Position numbers and translations under genes: made by a program
Part shown: positions 1 to 10,728 of the stretch, one piece after another
How the letters are laid out: the number at the start of each line of letters is the position of its first letter
Numbering within the stretch: position 1 is the stretch's first letter
Source of the DNA: an uncultured Nitrososphaeraceae archaeon
GTDB lineage: Archaea; Thermoproteota; Nitrososphaeria; Nitrososphaerales; Nitrososphaeraceae
Direction of reading: 5' to 3'
DNA: 64,000 nucleotides
Assembly: GCA_963765895.1 (NCBI GenBank)
Contig: CAVXZB010000087.1
Coordinates: 66,880-130,879, forward strand
Notes under the pieces: model-generated
What the model saw: only the letters and a program-made list of their open reading frames with translations
What the model was told of the DNA's origin: nothing
The model's database searches: none

Positions 1-1738
1 ACTGGAGGACCATATGTACCTATTAAATCGTGCCAATACATCCATTGCTACATTTACAGCTCCTTCTAACCTATCTGCTGACACAACACTAGCATTTAGA
101 TTAATAGTTAAAGATGACAAAAATGCTACTGGAGCAGATGATGTTAAGGTTATCGACAAGTACATTCCGCCTCCCAACCAACTACCGGTAGCTAATGCTG
201 GTACTGATCAGATAGTTAACTCAGGTGATAGGGTAAAATTTGATGGCAATAAAAGCATAGATCCAGATGGTAATATAACTTCATATTCATGGAGACAAAT
301 AGCTGGGCCAGTGGCTAAATTAAGTCACAGCAATACCATGAATCCATCATTTATTGCACCAAATGTATCGGCTGATACTCAAATGAGGTTTGCATTAACA
401 GTTACAGACAATAAAGGAGCTACAAGTATTAGCCCTGCTATTGTTACTATCACAATCAAGCACATAAACCATGCACCTATAGCTAATGCTGGTACTGATC
501 AGACTGTTAGTCCTGGCGATATTGTTAATTTGAATGCAGAAAACAGTGAAGACCTAGATAAAGATCAAATAAAATATTCATGGATACAGGTTGAAGGACC
601 AGGTGTTAAATTAGACGATGCCAATACATCCATGGCTACATTTACCGCCCCCACTAATATATCAGCTGACACAATCTTAGTATTCAAATTAACGGTTAAA
701 GATAGCAAGAATGCAAGTAATACAGCTATAGTTAAGGTTATCGACAAGTACATTCCGCCTCCCAACCAACTACCGGTAGCTAATGCTGGTACTGATCAGA
801 TAGTTAACTCAGGTGATAGGGTAAAATTTGATGGCAATAAAAGCATAGATCCAGATGGTAATATAACTTCATATTCATGGAGACAAATAGCTGGGCCAGT
901 GGCTAAATTAAGTCACAGCAATACCATGAATCCATCATTTATTGCACCAAATGTATCGGCTGATACTCAAATGAGGTTTGCATTAACAGTTACAGACAAT
1001 AAAGGAGCTACAAGTATTAGCCCTGCTATTGTTACTATCACAATCAAGCACATAAACCATGCACCTATAGCTAATGCTGGTACTGATCAGACTGTTAGTC
1101 CTGGCGATATTGTTAATTTGAATGCAGAAAACAGTGAAGACCTAGATAAAGATCAAATAAAATATTCATGGATACAGGTTGAAGGACCAGGTGTTAAATT
1201 AGACGATGCCAATACATCCATGGCTACATTTACCGCCCCCACTAATATATCAGCTGACACAATCTTAGTATTCAAATTAACGGTTAAAGATAGCAAGAAT
1301 GCAAGTAATACAGCTATAGTTAAGGTTATCGACAAGTACATTCCGCCTCCCAACCAACTACCGGTAGCTAATGCTGGTACTGATCAGATAGTTAATGCTG
1401 GTGCAACAGTTACTTTAGACGGAAGTGCAAGCTCAGATTCTGATGGTATTGTAAGTTCTTATTCATGGAACCAGATTGCTGGTCCATCTGTCTCGATAAA
1501 TGGTTCTCATACGTTCTCACCATCGTTTATTGCGCCACATGTTTCATCCATTACTACTTTAGTCTTCTCTTTGACTACTGGAGATGATAAAGGTGCCTCT
1601 AGCACTCCTGATAACGTAGTTATCACTGTAAAACAGGAGGTAACACGTACTGAGGGCAATAAGGCATCAGGGCCTGTGTGTCAATATGTTCCTGGTCCTA
1701 GTATGGAGGTGTCTCCAAGCTGCATAGGTGTTCGTTAA
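1..1738 (+). CDS. PKD/Ig-like (K319L-type) repeat surface protein, 5'-partial
   Basis: About five repeats of 'PVANAGTDQ...DPDG...YSWxQxxGP...PSFxAP...FxLTVxD'. Bases 1-18 read TGGPYV in another frame and match the repeat unit, so the gene continues upstream with a 1-bp insertion near 19. Confidence 0.85.
   Translation, partial: LEDHMYLLNRANTSIATFTAPSNLSADTTLAFRLIVKDDKNATGADDVKVIDKYIPPPNQLPVANAGTDQIVNSGDRVKFDGNKSIDPDGNITSYSWRQIAGPVAKLSHSNTMNPSFIAPNVSADTQMRFALTVTDNKGATSISPAIVTITIKHINHAPIANAGTDQTVSPGDIVNLNAENSEDLDKDQIKYSWIQVEGPGVKLDDANTSMATFTAPTNISADTILVFKLTVKDSKNASNTAIVKVIDKYIPPPNQLPVANAGTDQIVNSGDRVKFDGNKSIDPDGNITSYSWRQIAGPVAKLSHSNTMNPSFIAPNVSADTQMRFALTVTDNKGATSISPAIVTITIKHINHAPIANAGTDQTVSPGDIVNLNAENSEDLDKDQIKYSWIQVEGPGVKLDDANTSMATFTAPTNISADTILVFKLTVKDSKNASNTAIVKVIDKYIPPPNQLPVANAGTDQIVNAGATVTLDGSASSDSDGIVSSYSWNQIAGPSVSINGSHTFSPSFIAPHVSSITTLVFSLTTGDDKGASSTPDNVVITVKQEVTRTEGNKASGPVCQYVPGPSMEVSPSCIGVR
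143..1395 (+). repeat. Exact 588-bp tandem duplication (about 2.1 copies) inside the PKD gene
   Basis: GTTAAGGTTATCGACAAGTAC starts at 143, 731 and 1319; the translated 196-aa units are identical. Confidence 0.95.
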
Positions 1739-2380
1739 TGTTTCTTTTTTACTTTCTTCAGACTTGATATGGTATAATAGTAGTAATTACAGCTATTACG
1801 GTTAGGTATTATTATCAAACTTTGTCATACTCAAGAGAATTCTGCAGGATATACCGCATACTTATGAAATAATAAAAATTATTCACCAGAGTAAAATGAA
1901 TCAGGAATAGGCAGACCAATTGGATGTATATATTGCTAAGTTAATATCTTAATCAGTCGACATAATCATTTCTTACCATGTACCTGTTTTTATGATATTG
2001 ACATCGGTATAATGATAGCATGTTTCTTCCTCTTTCGAGGTCATAGTAATATATATATAGAAATGATCTTTTTCTATAGGTCATCCTAAGCCTGAAGCTT
2101 CAGAACTGAACGCCCATAAGTGATGCGAATGCTATGCATCATGCATTACAGAACTTCTGAATCATGAACATCTTAACTCAGACATTAAGATCTATCACCG
2201 AGATGGCTCGCGCTATCGCAAAAGCTCTAGATTTAACTTGCTTGAACTTAGGTTATCTTGACATCCTGCACAATTTATTAGATGACTAGGTGTGATATTG
2301 GTAGTAACGTACTAGTAGCAAGAGAAATAGAAGTATCAATCCATTTATATAATTAATCGTTAATACTAATCTAGAATATA

Positions 2381-2986
2381 TTAAATCATCTTTTCAGCAC
2401 TTCTTGAATAGTAGTATCTAAGCCACAACATCACACTAAAAAATACCATTGAGACAACGTGTATTTCTAATCCAATATAGCTTTGAAAAGAGGAAAGGTT
2501 GAGGATTCCGTTATCCTGAAGTATACCAGCCATTTCTCCTAAAATCCAGATTATTATAAATATTGAAATTTGAAACTGAAAAGTTCTAACATTTTTTGAT
2601 ATGATTGCAAGCCTTATGAATATTCCCAATGCTACGAAAAGAAGTATTGGTGTAATGTTATCCATAAGGACAGACAGAGTACCTGGGTTCAATGCGGCAA
2701 TAGCCATAGTCTTTGCATTTTGCTTTTTAGGTCTTGCTATATTAGAATAGACAACTCCAAAAAATATTAACACTGCAACTGAGAGCGGCTCAAAAAATCC
2801 TTCTCCCAATTGAGTTGAGCCAAAAAATTCGAATATATGATAAAAGGAATGAGTTAATATAAAGATAGAAAGTATTGCAGATAGTTTTCGTAGGTCACCT
2901 TTTAATCTTACAGTAAGGTAGATTGAAACTATAGCCGCAAGAAGTATGACAATGGCACTTACAAAATGAAGCTGTGTTTCTAGCAT
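2381..2986 (-). CDS. Polytopic membrane protein (about 6 TM, two 3-helix halves)
   Basis: 201-aa hydrophobic ORF; His residues in TM segments (THSFYH, LEIHVV). Confidence 0.7.
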   Translation of the reverse strand: MLETQLHFVSAIVILLAAIVSIYLTVRLKGDLRKLSAILSIFILTHSFYHIFEFFGSTQLGEGFFEPLSVAVLIFFGVVYSNIARPKKQNAKTMAIAALNPGTLSVLMDNITPILLFVALGIFIRLAIISKNVRTFQFQISIFIIIWILGEMAGILQDNGILNLSSFQSYIGLEIHVVSMVFFSVMLWLRYYYSRSAEKMI

Positions 2987-3883
2987 TCCTTAATATACTC
3001 ATCAGAATTACTAGGTGCAAAGTATTGACTCGTTCGAACTTGAATTTTTGATAATAAATGCAACTTTGTAATTCGATAAGCTCAAGAATTGTCAGCACTT
3101 CTTATATACTGTGAGAAGTATTTTCAAGTCCTCGTACTATTATTAATTTGTCATTTTTAGATCGTATGCCAGCTAACGATGAAAAACAGGCAACCATTTA
3201 TGTTTTTCTATCTCCGCCGAAATGAACCTCTAACATATATAATATTCAGCTCAACTATTGAATAAATGTATTTTCTTCTATATGTAAACGGTTATAATTA
3301 TTAAATGAATTGTCAAATTCCTCTTTTCTAATCAACATTTCATTTCGTTTTGATGGTTTTCGGCCCATTCGAAAGATTCCTAGCTATATTATATGTTCTT
3401 AATGGATCTAAGTATATAGTGCTCTAAATTTTTATTACTCTACTAAGTGTGAATCTATTCTAATTATTCTACGATAAGAATAGATCTGATTGATGTAACA
3501 ATGAACATAAACAATACTATAAGCCATACAATCTCAACCACAGGTTTATTAGTCTATTACAAAATACGTTGATGATCTTTTCAAAATAGTTGTTCGTCAG
3601 GATGTAATTGATTTATCATTTGATAGGCCCCAAGTCGAGACCAAATCTAAGGAGAATGAGTTGCTATATCCAGCAGATCAAATTATTAATACTAACTAAA
3701 TGGATTAAATATTCAAGTGTTTTCCTCGGCTTCCCATCAATTTATTAAAAGAGCCCTATTTTATCCTACCTACCTAGAATGCTCAAAGCGTTCGTTAAGT
3801 AGAGTTTCTAGATATTTTAGATTTCTATCATCTTCTTGTTTTGTGGGGTTCATTAAAAATAAATTTTATTAAATGTCATACTA

Positions 3884-3913
3884 TTTTGAAGACGTCTATC
3901 GATGTCTTCAAAA
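3884..3913. repeat. 10-bp perfect inverted repeat (hairpin or operator)
   Basis: TTTTGAAGAC-N10-GTCTTCAAAA. Confidence 0.5.
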
Positions 3914-4091
3914 GATGCTAGAAAGACAATGCTAAAGATATCCCTAGAAGAATGAATGAACTATGGCGCAGATATGGGACTCACAAATAAAGTGTTAGGT
4001 CAGGTGCATACATGATGATGAGATAAAATCTTTCCAGGTTTCAATTTCACCAGTAACTCAATTTATCAATATTTAAAAGATATAAATAATG

Positions 4092-5039
4092 GGCTATGTA
4101 GAAAACATCATCAATATTACAAGATTAGTCAGTCTATGCATATTGTAGGTGATACATCTAAATGATAACTCTCTGTTCTGCATTCTAGTCAATCTAGACA
4201 TAAGATTCTCTCCAAATAGTCGTTTTATAACTGATATTATGGTTTCATCTTTGTTTCGTTGATTGTACAGCAATTTGGAGTAACCACGCTTCATCTGCTT
4301 TCTGTACTTACCATGTGTTCTCCACATCGGTACATGTTCATATCGAGCAGGAATAATACTGAATGCATGTAAGTCCTCTCTTACGAGAAGGTGATTATCT
4401 TCACTATCGTAACCCTTATCAGCTGTAACTACGGATAATGGAAGAATATTTGATGTCCTTGTTATAATTGGCCTGAAATCTACATTATCATGCCTTGTTG
4501 GAGCTCGTCTTATCTTAATTGTACATATGATTTGTTGTAATACATCTACTCCAATAGATAATTTCGCATATTTTCTTCTCAATTCTGTTCGATCAGTATA
4601 ATATTGTGATGCATGAGTTATCTTAAATCCTGTTGAATCTATTCCTGCAAAGATATGCTTGGTACCACTAATTACAATGAATGACGAAATTATCTTTTCA
4701 AGCAATGAATTATTGATTCTATCTGTAAACTTTTGCAATGTTGTAAAATGAGGAATACGTGACAACCGTAGAAATGACCTTAGGTAATAGGCTTCAATTA
4801 ACCACTCGACAAACATTCTATAACTCTTACCTTCATACTGTCGTATAGCAATTAGAACTATGTGCTGCCATATTGTAAATATGTGATTACTTTTCCTGTT
4901 AGAAAATAGAGGAATCCTTGCATGCTTCAAAACACGGAACATAGTACCTGCAAGTCTGACGTACATTGATTCTTTCAATAGACTATTGGTATTATACTCT
5001 TACAAAGCTTTGACTGTATGAGATGGTTTCTACACAGCC
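4092..5039 (-). mobile_element. Complete insertion sequence, IS5 family (ISH1 group-like), 948 bp
   Basis: Terminal IRs GGCTATGTAGAAAACATC (4092-4109) and GATGGTTTCTACACAGCC (5022-5039) match 16/18. 8-bp direct repeat AAATAATG at 4084-4091 and 5040-5047. Confidence 0.93.
4094..4978 (-). CDS. IS5-family DDE transposase
   Basis: GIDSTGF, ADKGYDSE and YNQRNKDETIISVIKR motifs; stop codon lies inside the IR. Confidence 0.93.
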   Translation of the reverse strand: MKESMYVRLAGTMFRVLKHARIPLFSNRKSNHIFTIWQHIVLIAIRQYEGKSYRMFVEWLIEAYYLRSFLRLSRIPHFTTLQKFTDRINNSLLEKIISSFIVISGTKHIFAGIDSTGFKITHASQYYTDRTELRRKYAKLSIGVDVLQQIICTIKIRRAPTRHDNVDFRPIITRTSNILPLSVVTADKGYDSEDNHLLVREDLHAFSIIPARYEHVPMWRTHGKYRKQMKRGYSKLLYNQRNKDETIISVIKRLFGENLMSRLTRMQNRELSFRCITYNMHRLTNLVILMMFST

Positions 5040-5972
5040 AAATAATGGATAGAGGCAGGATATGTTTCGGCTATTATATTTACCACTGTTCGTGCAGCGG
5101 TAACAAGAATAGACTGAGAACAAATAGCAATCCTACGACCATTCCTATGGCACAGATATTTGCTTTCATCGACTTTAATACGTTTCTCATCAGTTTTATA
5201 ATTCCTATATGTGGTATTACTAGTCTGCTTGCGAGTATAGCTTAGAATTAAGCAGTCGGACTTATTAATAATAATTGGAGTATAATAATTAGCTGTCAAT
5301 CTTCAATTAAAAATCCCATAAATGTCACGACTAGAGACAAGAAACAAAAGACGGTGATGAAAATAAGCAGTTGAACAAGTAAAAAATGTTGAAGTATATC
5401 AGTATTTTGGACGCATATATCAAATTGTACCTTGTAACTCAATTCCAATGGATTTGTCAAATAGTACCCGATACAAAGTGTTATTTGAGCATATAGACTA
5501 ATGAATTTATTGTAAAGCTTACTTTTAGTCCTGATCTGTTTCTTTTCTCAATACTTATACCTGCTACACTATATTTATGCTACAACAGCCAGTTTGAGTA
5601 CAAATGAACAGGAGAGACCGTGAAGCTTGAGAGAGGATATCAATCTAACGGCAAAACCGACAGGTACAGGTCTCGCTGACTGTGACTAGTAAGTAATCAT
5701 TGCAAGTACAGGCACATAATAACCCAAACTAACAATAACGGCTAATTATTAATAACTTCCATATATTGATCTATGCTTAGAAGATCCCGAAGAGATAGTA
5801 GTACATACAAGACAGGAACTCTAAGTGGCTAAAGGCCAAGCTTATTTTGCCTATAGTATACAACCTGAATTGTCCAAGGATAGGAGGATATCAATATTGT
5901 TGGTATCCAATATCACGGTTTTAAAAGTACAAAATATGTCAAAAAATGTCTAGATTCTTTTGAGTTGTTATC

Positions 5973-6371
5973 TCACTCATGGGCCTGGTCCCTTCGCTCG
6001 TGTGATGCTCCAGTGCCTGTTGGTGAGCCTGTATAATCGCCTGACACATCGATCACAAAGTCAAAGTCGTTTAGCTTTTTGAGTATATCGCTTGTCAATC
6101 TCATGTTTGTCGCATAATGAGTACCGCTATCATATACTGCTGGAACAGATCCACAAGTGTTCCAGATATGATCCTTACACCATTGTGAATCAGTACTCTT
6201 TTTAGTAAATACTTCAACCATGTAAAAAGGTGCACGCTCGGCCTTCTCTTGTTCGCGGACTAATAGTCCATGAATTAGTGTGGGGTCTACTTTTGGTAAA
6301 TATGTTTGATATAGTGTCTCTAGTCCTTTAAAGACGTTTCTTATTTCTTGCAAGTCTGAAGTCAGAATCAT
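5973..6371 (-). CDS. Hypothetical protein (thaumarchaeal-type)
   Basis: 132-aa ORF abutting the upstream small membrane ORF; globular composition. Confidence 0.7.
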   Translation of the reverse strand: MILTSDLQEIRNVFKGLETLYQTYLPKVDPTLIHGLLVREQEKAERAPFYMVEVFTKKSTDSQWCKDHIWNTCGSVPAVYDSGTHYATNMRLTSDILKKLNDFDFVIDVSGDYTGSPTGTGASHERRDQAHE

Positions 6372-6572
6372 TTATGACAAGACACCATCTTTCCCAAGAT
6401 AACGACGTGGACTTTTTTGAGACACAGTCAAGACTGTTTTAATTTCTTTGAACATGCAGGGCCTCATTTTTTTGTCCTTGATTCTGCAGGCACTAAAATG
6501 CCACGCCAATTCCAGCGACAGATATGTAACTACAAATCCGATAACTACATACAACAGACTTTCAATCACCAT
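6372..6572 (-). CDS. Small single-TM membrane protein
   Basis: Likely start MVIESLLYVVIGFVVTYLSLELAWH; directly adjacent to the next gene. Confidence 0.65.
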   Translation of the reverse strand: MVIESLLYVVIGFVVTYLSLELAWHFSACRIKDKKMRPCMFKEIKTVLTVSQKSPRRYLGKDGVLS

Positions 6573-7190
6573 AGCATAAGATATTCCAATGTTGTTAATT
6601 ATCTTTAGTAATATCATTCTATGATTGCTCAAGATGAATTTTTATCGTGTAACAAATAAGCTATCTATTTCAAAATCAAGAATCCTTTAATTGGCAATAC
6701 AGAAGATATATCTTGGCCGGGCAATGAGTTAGGATTGTGCATTTACCGCGTTTCAGGTTCATATCATAATATGAAATAATTTATCTCATCATATTGTCTA
6801 TTAAATATCCAGATCTCATCGTTTACAACGTGCAAGACACTATTGAATTTAGATAAATTGTCAAATGTTCAATAGGAAAGAAAATGCATATGGCTATGTA
6901 CAGCTAGGGTGGATATTAGTAGGTTTACAATTACACGTTGGTTGATATACCAATAACGAAGTCGAAAAGGGAAAACTTGACAAAGAATACACTGATGGTT
7001 CCCTTACAATGCTGTATTTCTCCTCAATTAGGATAACCCCTAGGTACGTCTTTACTGATATGCTGGTTATCTAAAATTTGGCTTTGGATTATCATCCAAA
7101 AACCAGGTAAAACATCTGCTGACTAGAAGTATCTTGTCGAATATTGGTTATCTATACTCCTTATAAATTAGATTATCGTGTTGTTAAGCA

Positions 7191-7850
7191 ATGAATAGTA
7201 AGATAGTATTTTGTCTTATCACTATTGTAGTGACTATCGCACTCGTAACAGCAGCAGGATATACTTGGAGAGCGACGAATATCGTATATGCTGCCACTCC
7301 GAATCCAGTAAAAGGAATGATAAATATCCAAGCAGGATCTGGAAACGCTACTGCTCCTTTGACTACATTTTCTCCCCAGAAAGTAGAGATTAAAAGAGGA
7401 GACACAGTGAGATGGTATAATCCGACCCAAGTAGGAGAGCCACATACAGTTACGTTTGTCTTGAACAATAAAACTATGACAGGATTTGCTATGCCTTTTG
7501 GCGTGGCAAGCTCAACTCAATTCATGTCCATACCACCTAACTCGAATAGTGAACCTGTCAGCATCCCTGGAAAAGACGGTATGAAAACCATAGTGGCTAT
7601 TAATTCTAGGGTATATAATCCAGTGGTGATCGATTCAGCAAATAATGTGAAAACATTAAAACCAAACGCAACTTATGTCCTTAATGGAAATGAAAAGTAC
7701 ATCAACTCAGGCTTTATTCTTCCAAAAGGACAAGACAAGAATTATCCTGGATCTTCAAGCACATTTACTGTTATGTTCCAAAATTCTGGAATATACAAGT
7801 ACATATGTGTCATCCATCCTTGGATGACAGGCGAGATTGTTGTACGGTAA
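7191..7850 (+). CDS. Secreted cupredoxin (type-1 blue copper) protein
   Basis: Signal/TM helix, FSPQKVEIKRGDTVRW, EPHTVT and YICVIHPWM (H...C-x2-H-x2-M ligands). Confidence 0.9.
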   Translation: MNSKIVFCLITIVVTIALVTAAGYTWRATNIVYAATPNPVKGMINIQAGSGNATAPLTTFSPQKVEIKRGDTVRWYNPTQVGEPHTVTFVLNNKTMTGFAMPFGVASSTQFMSIPPNSNSEPVSIPGKDGMKTIVAINSRVYNPVVIDSANNVKTLKPNATYVLNGNEKYINSGFILPKGQDKNYPGSSSTFTVMFQNSGIYKYICVIHPWMTGEIVVR

Positions 7851-8562
7851 TAACTGATAAATGGTCCTTTACCTTTCATTATTTTTGTACCTCTGGATGT
7901 AAATTTTATTATGGTAGCACTATCTCTAAAAAATAAATGCATAGTTACTAGATGATTAAGATAGCTGTACTAGTGCAACCTAATTGTAATTAGACACACC
8001 TGTAAATGATTATTATAATTTGGAAACTAGTCTGCTGTTCTGTTTAGAGAACAGAATCAAAATTAGAGTAATCTTATCTTAATCACTATCTCCTATGGTA
8101 CATTAGTTTGAGCATGATTATCATTAAGATACTTTTTTTGAAGCTGTGTGCTAGCAACCAACTAAAGAAGTATAGAAACAATTTAGTAGAATAAAAACAG
8201 TGTGATAAAGCAAAGAATAATAATGATATAGCGCAACTATCAAATCAATTTGGGGTTATTATCAGATAGGTTGCAGGAACTGAAAGAAGACATGTACCAG
8301 TCTAGGCGTTAAGATATCTTCAAATCTTTCAAATACGATTCATTCGTGTCAGCAGAATAGCCAATTGCTCTTTTAAAGAGTTAAAGCTGGATATATATTT
8401 TGGGCTCTGACGATCCTAACAGAAAAAAATACTAGCCTTGAAAATGCTAGCGTTTTTCATTGTGGCGATAACGTAGTACGAACAACATTACGATTCTTCT
8501 CTATCAAACAGGCAGATTTATATTTGTATATATGAGTAATCATTCAAACCTTAAGACGTAAA

Positions 8563-9666
8563 TTATTCTCTTATTGGGTTTGGTGACTGTGTTATCCGAT
8601 TGTCTTTGTATTGCCGGTACAACCTATAATCTTCATCAACCTTTATTGCTGCAGTTAGTATTTTACTCTTGAAAGCCTTAGATGATTGTAAAAACATCTT
8701 CGTATCTTTTGGCAAGCAGTGTCCTCCTATTCCTTCTCTTGGTTCCAATATCTCGACATTCCATTTTGTATTTAATGCATCTCGTAATTCTGCAAAGTTT
8801 ATGTTATTAGCTTGACAGTAAAGATAAAGATCTTCGGCAAACGCTATTTGTAGATACCTATATGCATTTTCTACTACTTTTGTTGTTTCAGCCATTTCTA
8901 CTTGTGATACTGGATGCATAGGTATACCCAAGTTTTTCGTTTCGTTATTGTTTTGCGTAGGGTTGTTGCTGTTACTATGAATACTATTATTTTGAATAGG
9001 TTTCGTCATATCAGTATTGGTATTGGTAATAACATTAGTAGCATTATCTCTTCTGCCATCATAAAATTGCATACCCACTCTGAGGCAACAATTGCATACT
9101 CCTCCTATGACACGTAACTGGTTTACACCATGCTCTTTTTCCTCTAAAGAATACCATCTGTGAGGAGCATGAACAACATGCAGTCTATGATTAAGCATTT
9201 CAAATACCTTTTTTGATGTACCTTTTGGAATAGTACTTTCTATTGAAACTAGTGCTCCATTCTTTGCTTCTTTTGATATCTTTTCAACTATAGATAATAG
9301 ACCATCTATTTGTGGAGAAAACATATCGTTAGGCCTATGAGTAGATATACACACAATATAAACATCAAATTCACTAAAGTTAATAGCTTTCTTCACTGAA
9401 GCTATCTTCTGTGCACGCTCTATAGCATGATGGCTTATATCATAACCAAAAGTATCAAATCCTTTTTCACTGATATATTTTGCTACTGGTAGGCCTAACT
9501 GTCCTAAACCGATAATCAAAACTTTACTGAACTGAGTCTGACCCATAGATTTGATGCTTAGATGATCTTCAGTTGATTTGGTAGTATTATCAGAACATGT
9601 CATTGATGGTGAAGTGTTTAAACACAATTGCTCTTGACTGCTGTCATTTGTCGAAGATATTTTCAT
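8563..9666 (-). CDS. UDP-glucose/GDP-mannose dehydrogenase family protein lacking the C-terminal domain
   Basis: IIGLGQLG Rossmann motif, IESTIPKGT, AETTKVVENAYR and GGHCLPKD catalytic Cys. Confidence 0.85.
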   Translation of the reverse strand: MKISSTNDSSQEQLCLNTSPSMTCSDNTTKSTEDHLSIKSMGQTQFSKVLIIGLGQLGLPVAKYISEKGFDTFGYDISHHAIERAQKIASVKKAINFSEFDVYIVCISTHRPNDMFSPQIDGLLSIVEKISKEAKNGALVSIESTIPKGTSKKVFEMLNHRLHVVHAPHRWYSLEEKEHGVNQLRVIGGVCNCCLRVGMQFYDGRRDNATNVITNTNTDMTKPIQNNSIHSNSNNPTQNNNETKNLGIPMHPVSQVEMAETTKVVENAYRYLQIAFAEDLYLYCQANNINFAELRDALNTKWNVEILEPREGIGGHCLPKDTKMFLQSSKAFKSKILTAAIKVDEDYRLYRQYKDNRITQSPNPIRE

Positions 9667-9694
9667 TGTTATCAAAAAAGTAATGGGTGATCGA

Positions 9695-9870
9695 GAATAT
9701 ATAAACGTATACATATTTACGGAATAACATCCATATGCTAGAATACGTATAAATATCTCCGTATATACGTGTCTAGGTCTATATCCTATGATATTTATCT
9801 GTCAATAAATACAGAAATGGAAGCATCTATCCGTCAATACATACATAAATATATGTGTGTATATAATAAA
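9695..9870. promoter_or_regulatory. Divergent promoter region with repetitive putative RHH operator
   Basis: 4-nt periodic tracts plus the direct repeat TATCTGTCAATAAATACA (9796) / TATCCGTCAATACATACA (9828). Confidence 0.4.
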
Positions 9871-10047
9871 ATGCTGAACATGGATAAGGATGAGGCGGTA
9901 GAAGAAGATGATACTAAAACTACGATGAAAATCCCTACCGTTCTGCTTGATGAATTCAAACATCTGGCTATAGATGAAAAAACTACTGTAACCGCTCTTA
10001 TCGTAGAATCTATGAAGCAGTATCTTAAATACATTAAGAAGAAATGA
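9871..10047 (+). CDS. Ribbon-helix-helix (CopG/ParG-like) DNA-binding protein
   Basis: KTTMKIPTVLLDEFKHLAIDEKTTVTALIVESMKQYL strand-helix-helix pattern. Confidence 0.75.
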   Translation: MLNMDKDEAVEEDDTKTTMKIPTVLLDEFKHLAIDEKTTVTALIVESMKQYLKYIKKK

Positions 10048-10326
10048 ACATACTGCCTAACATAATTTCGTTTAACTAAAGTGTTTAAACAGGTAGATGA
10101 TTGATTTTATGAGTTTATGTTAATAAGTAAGTGACTTTAAAGAAGGTTCCTGTGTTGTAAGTGTGGATAAACAATGAGTCTTGGATTTATCCTTTGGATA
10201 GGAGTAGCTAATGATAGTTCCGGGATTATGGAGACAGGGGTTGACGCTTACTTGGAAAGTCTATGCATTGTATGCTATCTGTGATTATTAAGCGTGAGAT
10301 TAATACTTTGATACTACACGCTACCA

Positions 10327-10728
10327 CTAAATCTTGATTTTGATACTGTCTTCTTCTACTCTGGTTTCATAAACTATCTGATCAAGCGTTTTGATATGTG
10401 ACATAAGTTGACCTACGTTTTCGAAAAACTTTTGCCAAGTTTGTGGTAATGGTTCCATATTCTGGGACGGAGTTAGTATAGGCTCAGAGAGCTTCTTTCC
10501 AGTAGTAACGTCAAACCTTGCACCGTGGAAAGGACATGTTACAGTATTTCCTTTTAAATTGCCCATTGAAAGCAGGGCATTCATATGACCACAGCGGTCA
10601 CTCATGGCATAAAATTTGCCATCTATGTTGGCAAGTAATACTTCCTTTCCCTCAACTTCTACATGTTTCATCTTTCCAGTAGAAATTTCATGTACTTTGG
10701 CGACTTCAACAAACTCATTTCTAGCCAT
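10327..10728 (-). CDS. Rieske [2Fe-2S] ferredoxin
   Basis: CGH...CPFHGARFD motifs. Confidence 0.92.
   Translation of the reverse strand: MARNEFVEVAKVHEISTGKMKHVEVEGKEVLLANIDGKFYAMSDRCGHMNALLSMGNLKGNTVTCPFHGARFDVTTGKKLSEPILTPSQNMEPLPQTWQKFFENVGQLMSHIKTLDQIVYETRVEEDSIKIKI

Noticed and set aside
565-1353. Two identical 66-aa minus-strand ORFs
   Set aside because: Antisense shadows of the 588-bp duplication.
5018-5299. ORFs at the IS right end as a disrupted gene
   Set aside because: Rebuilding the empty site gives no recognisable coding sequence.
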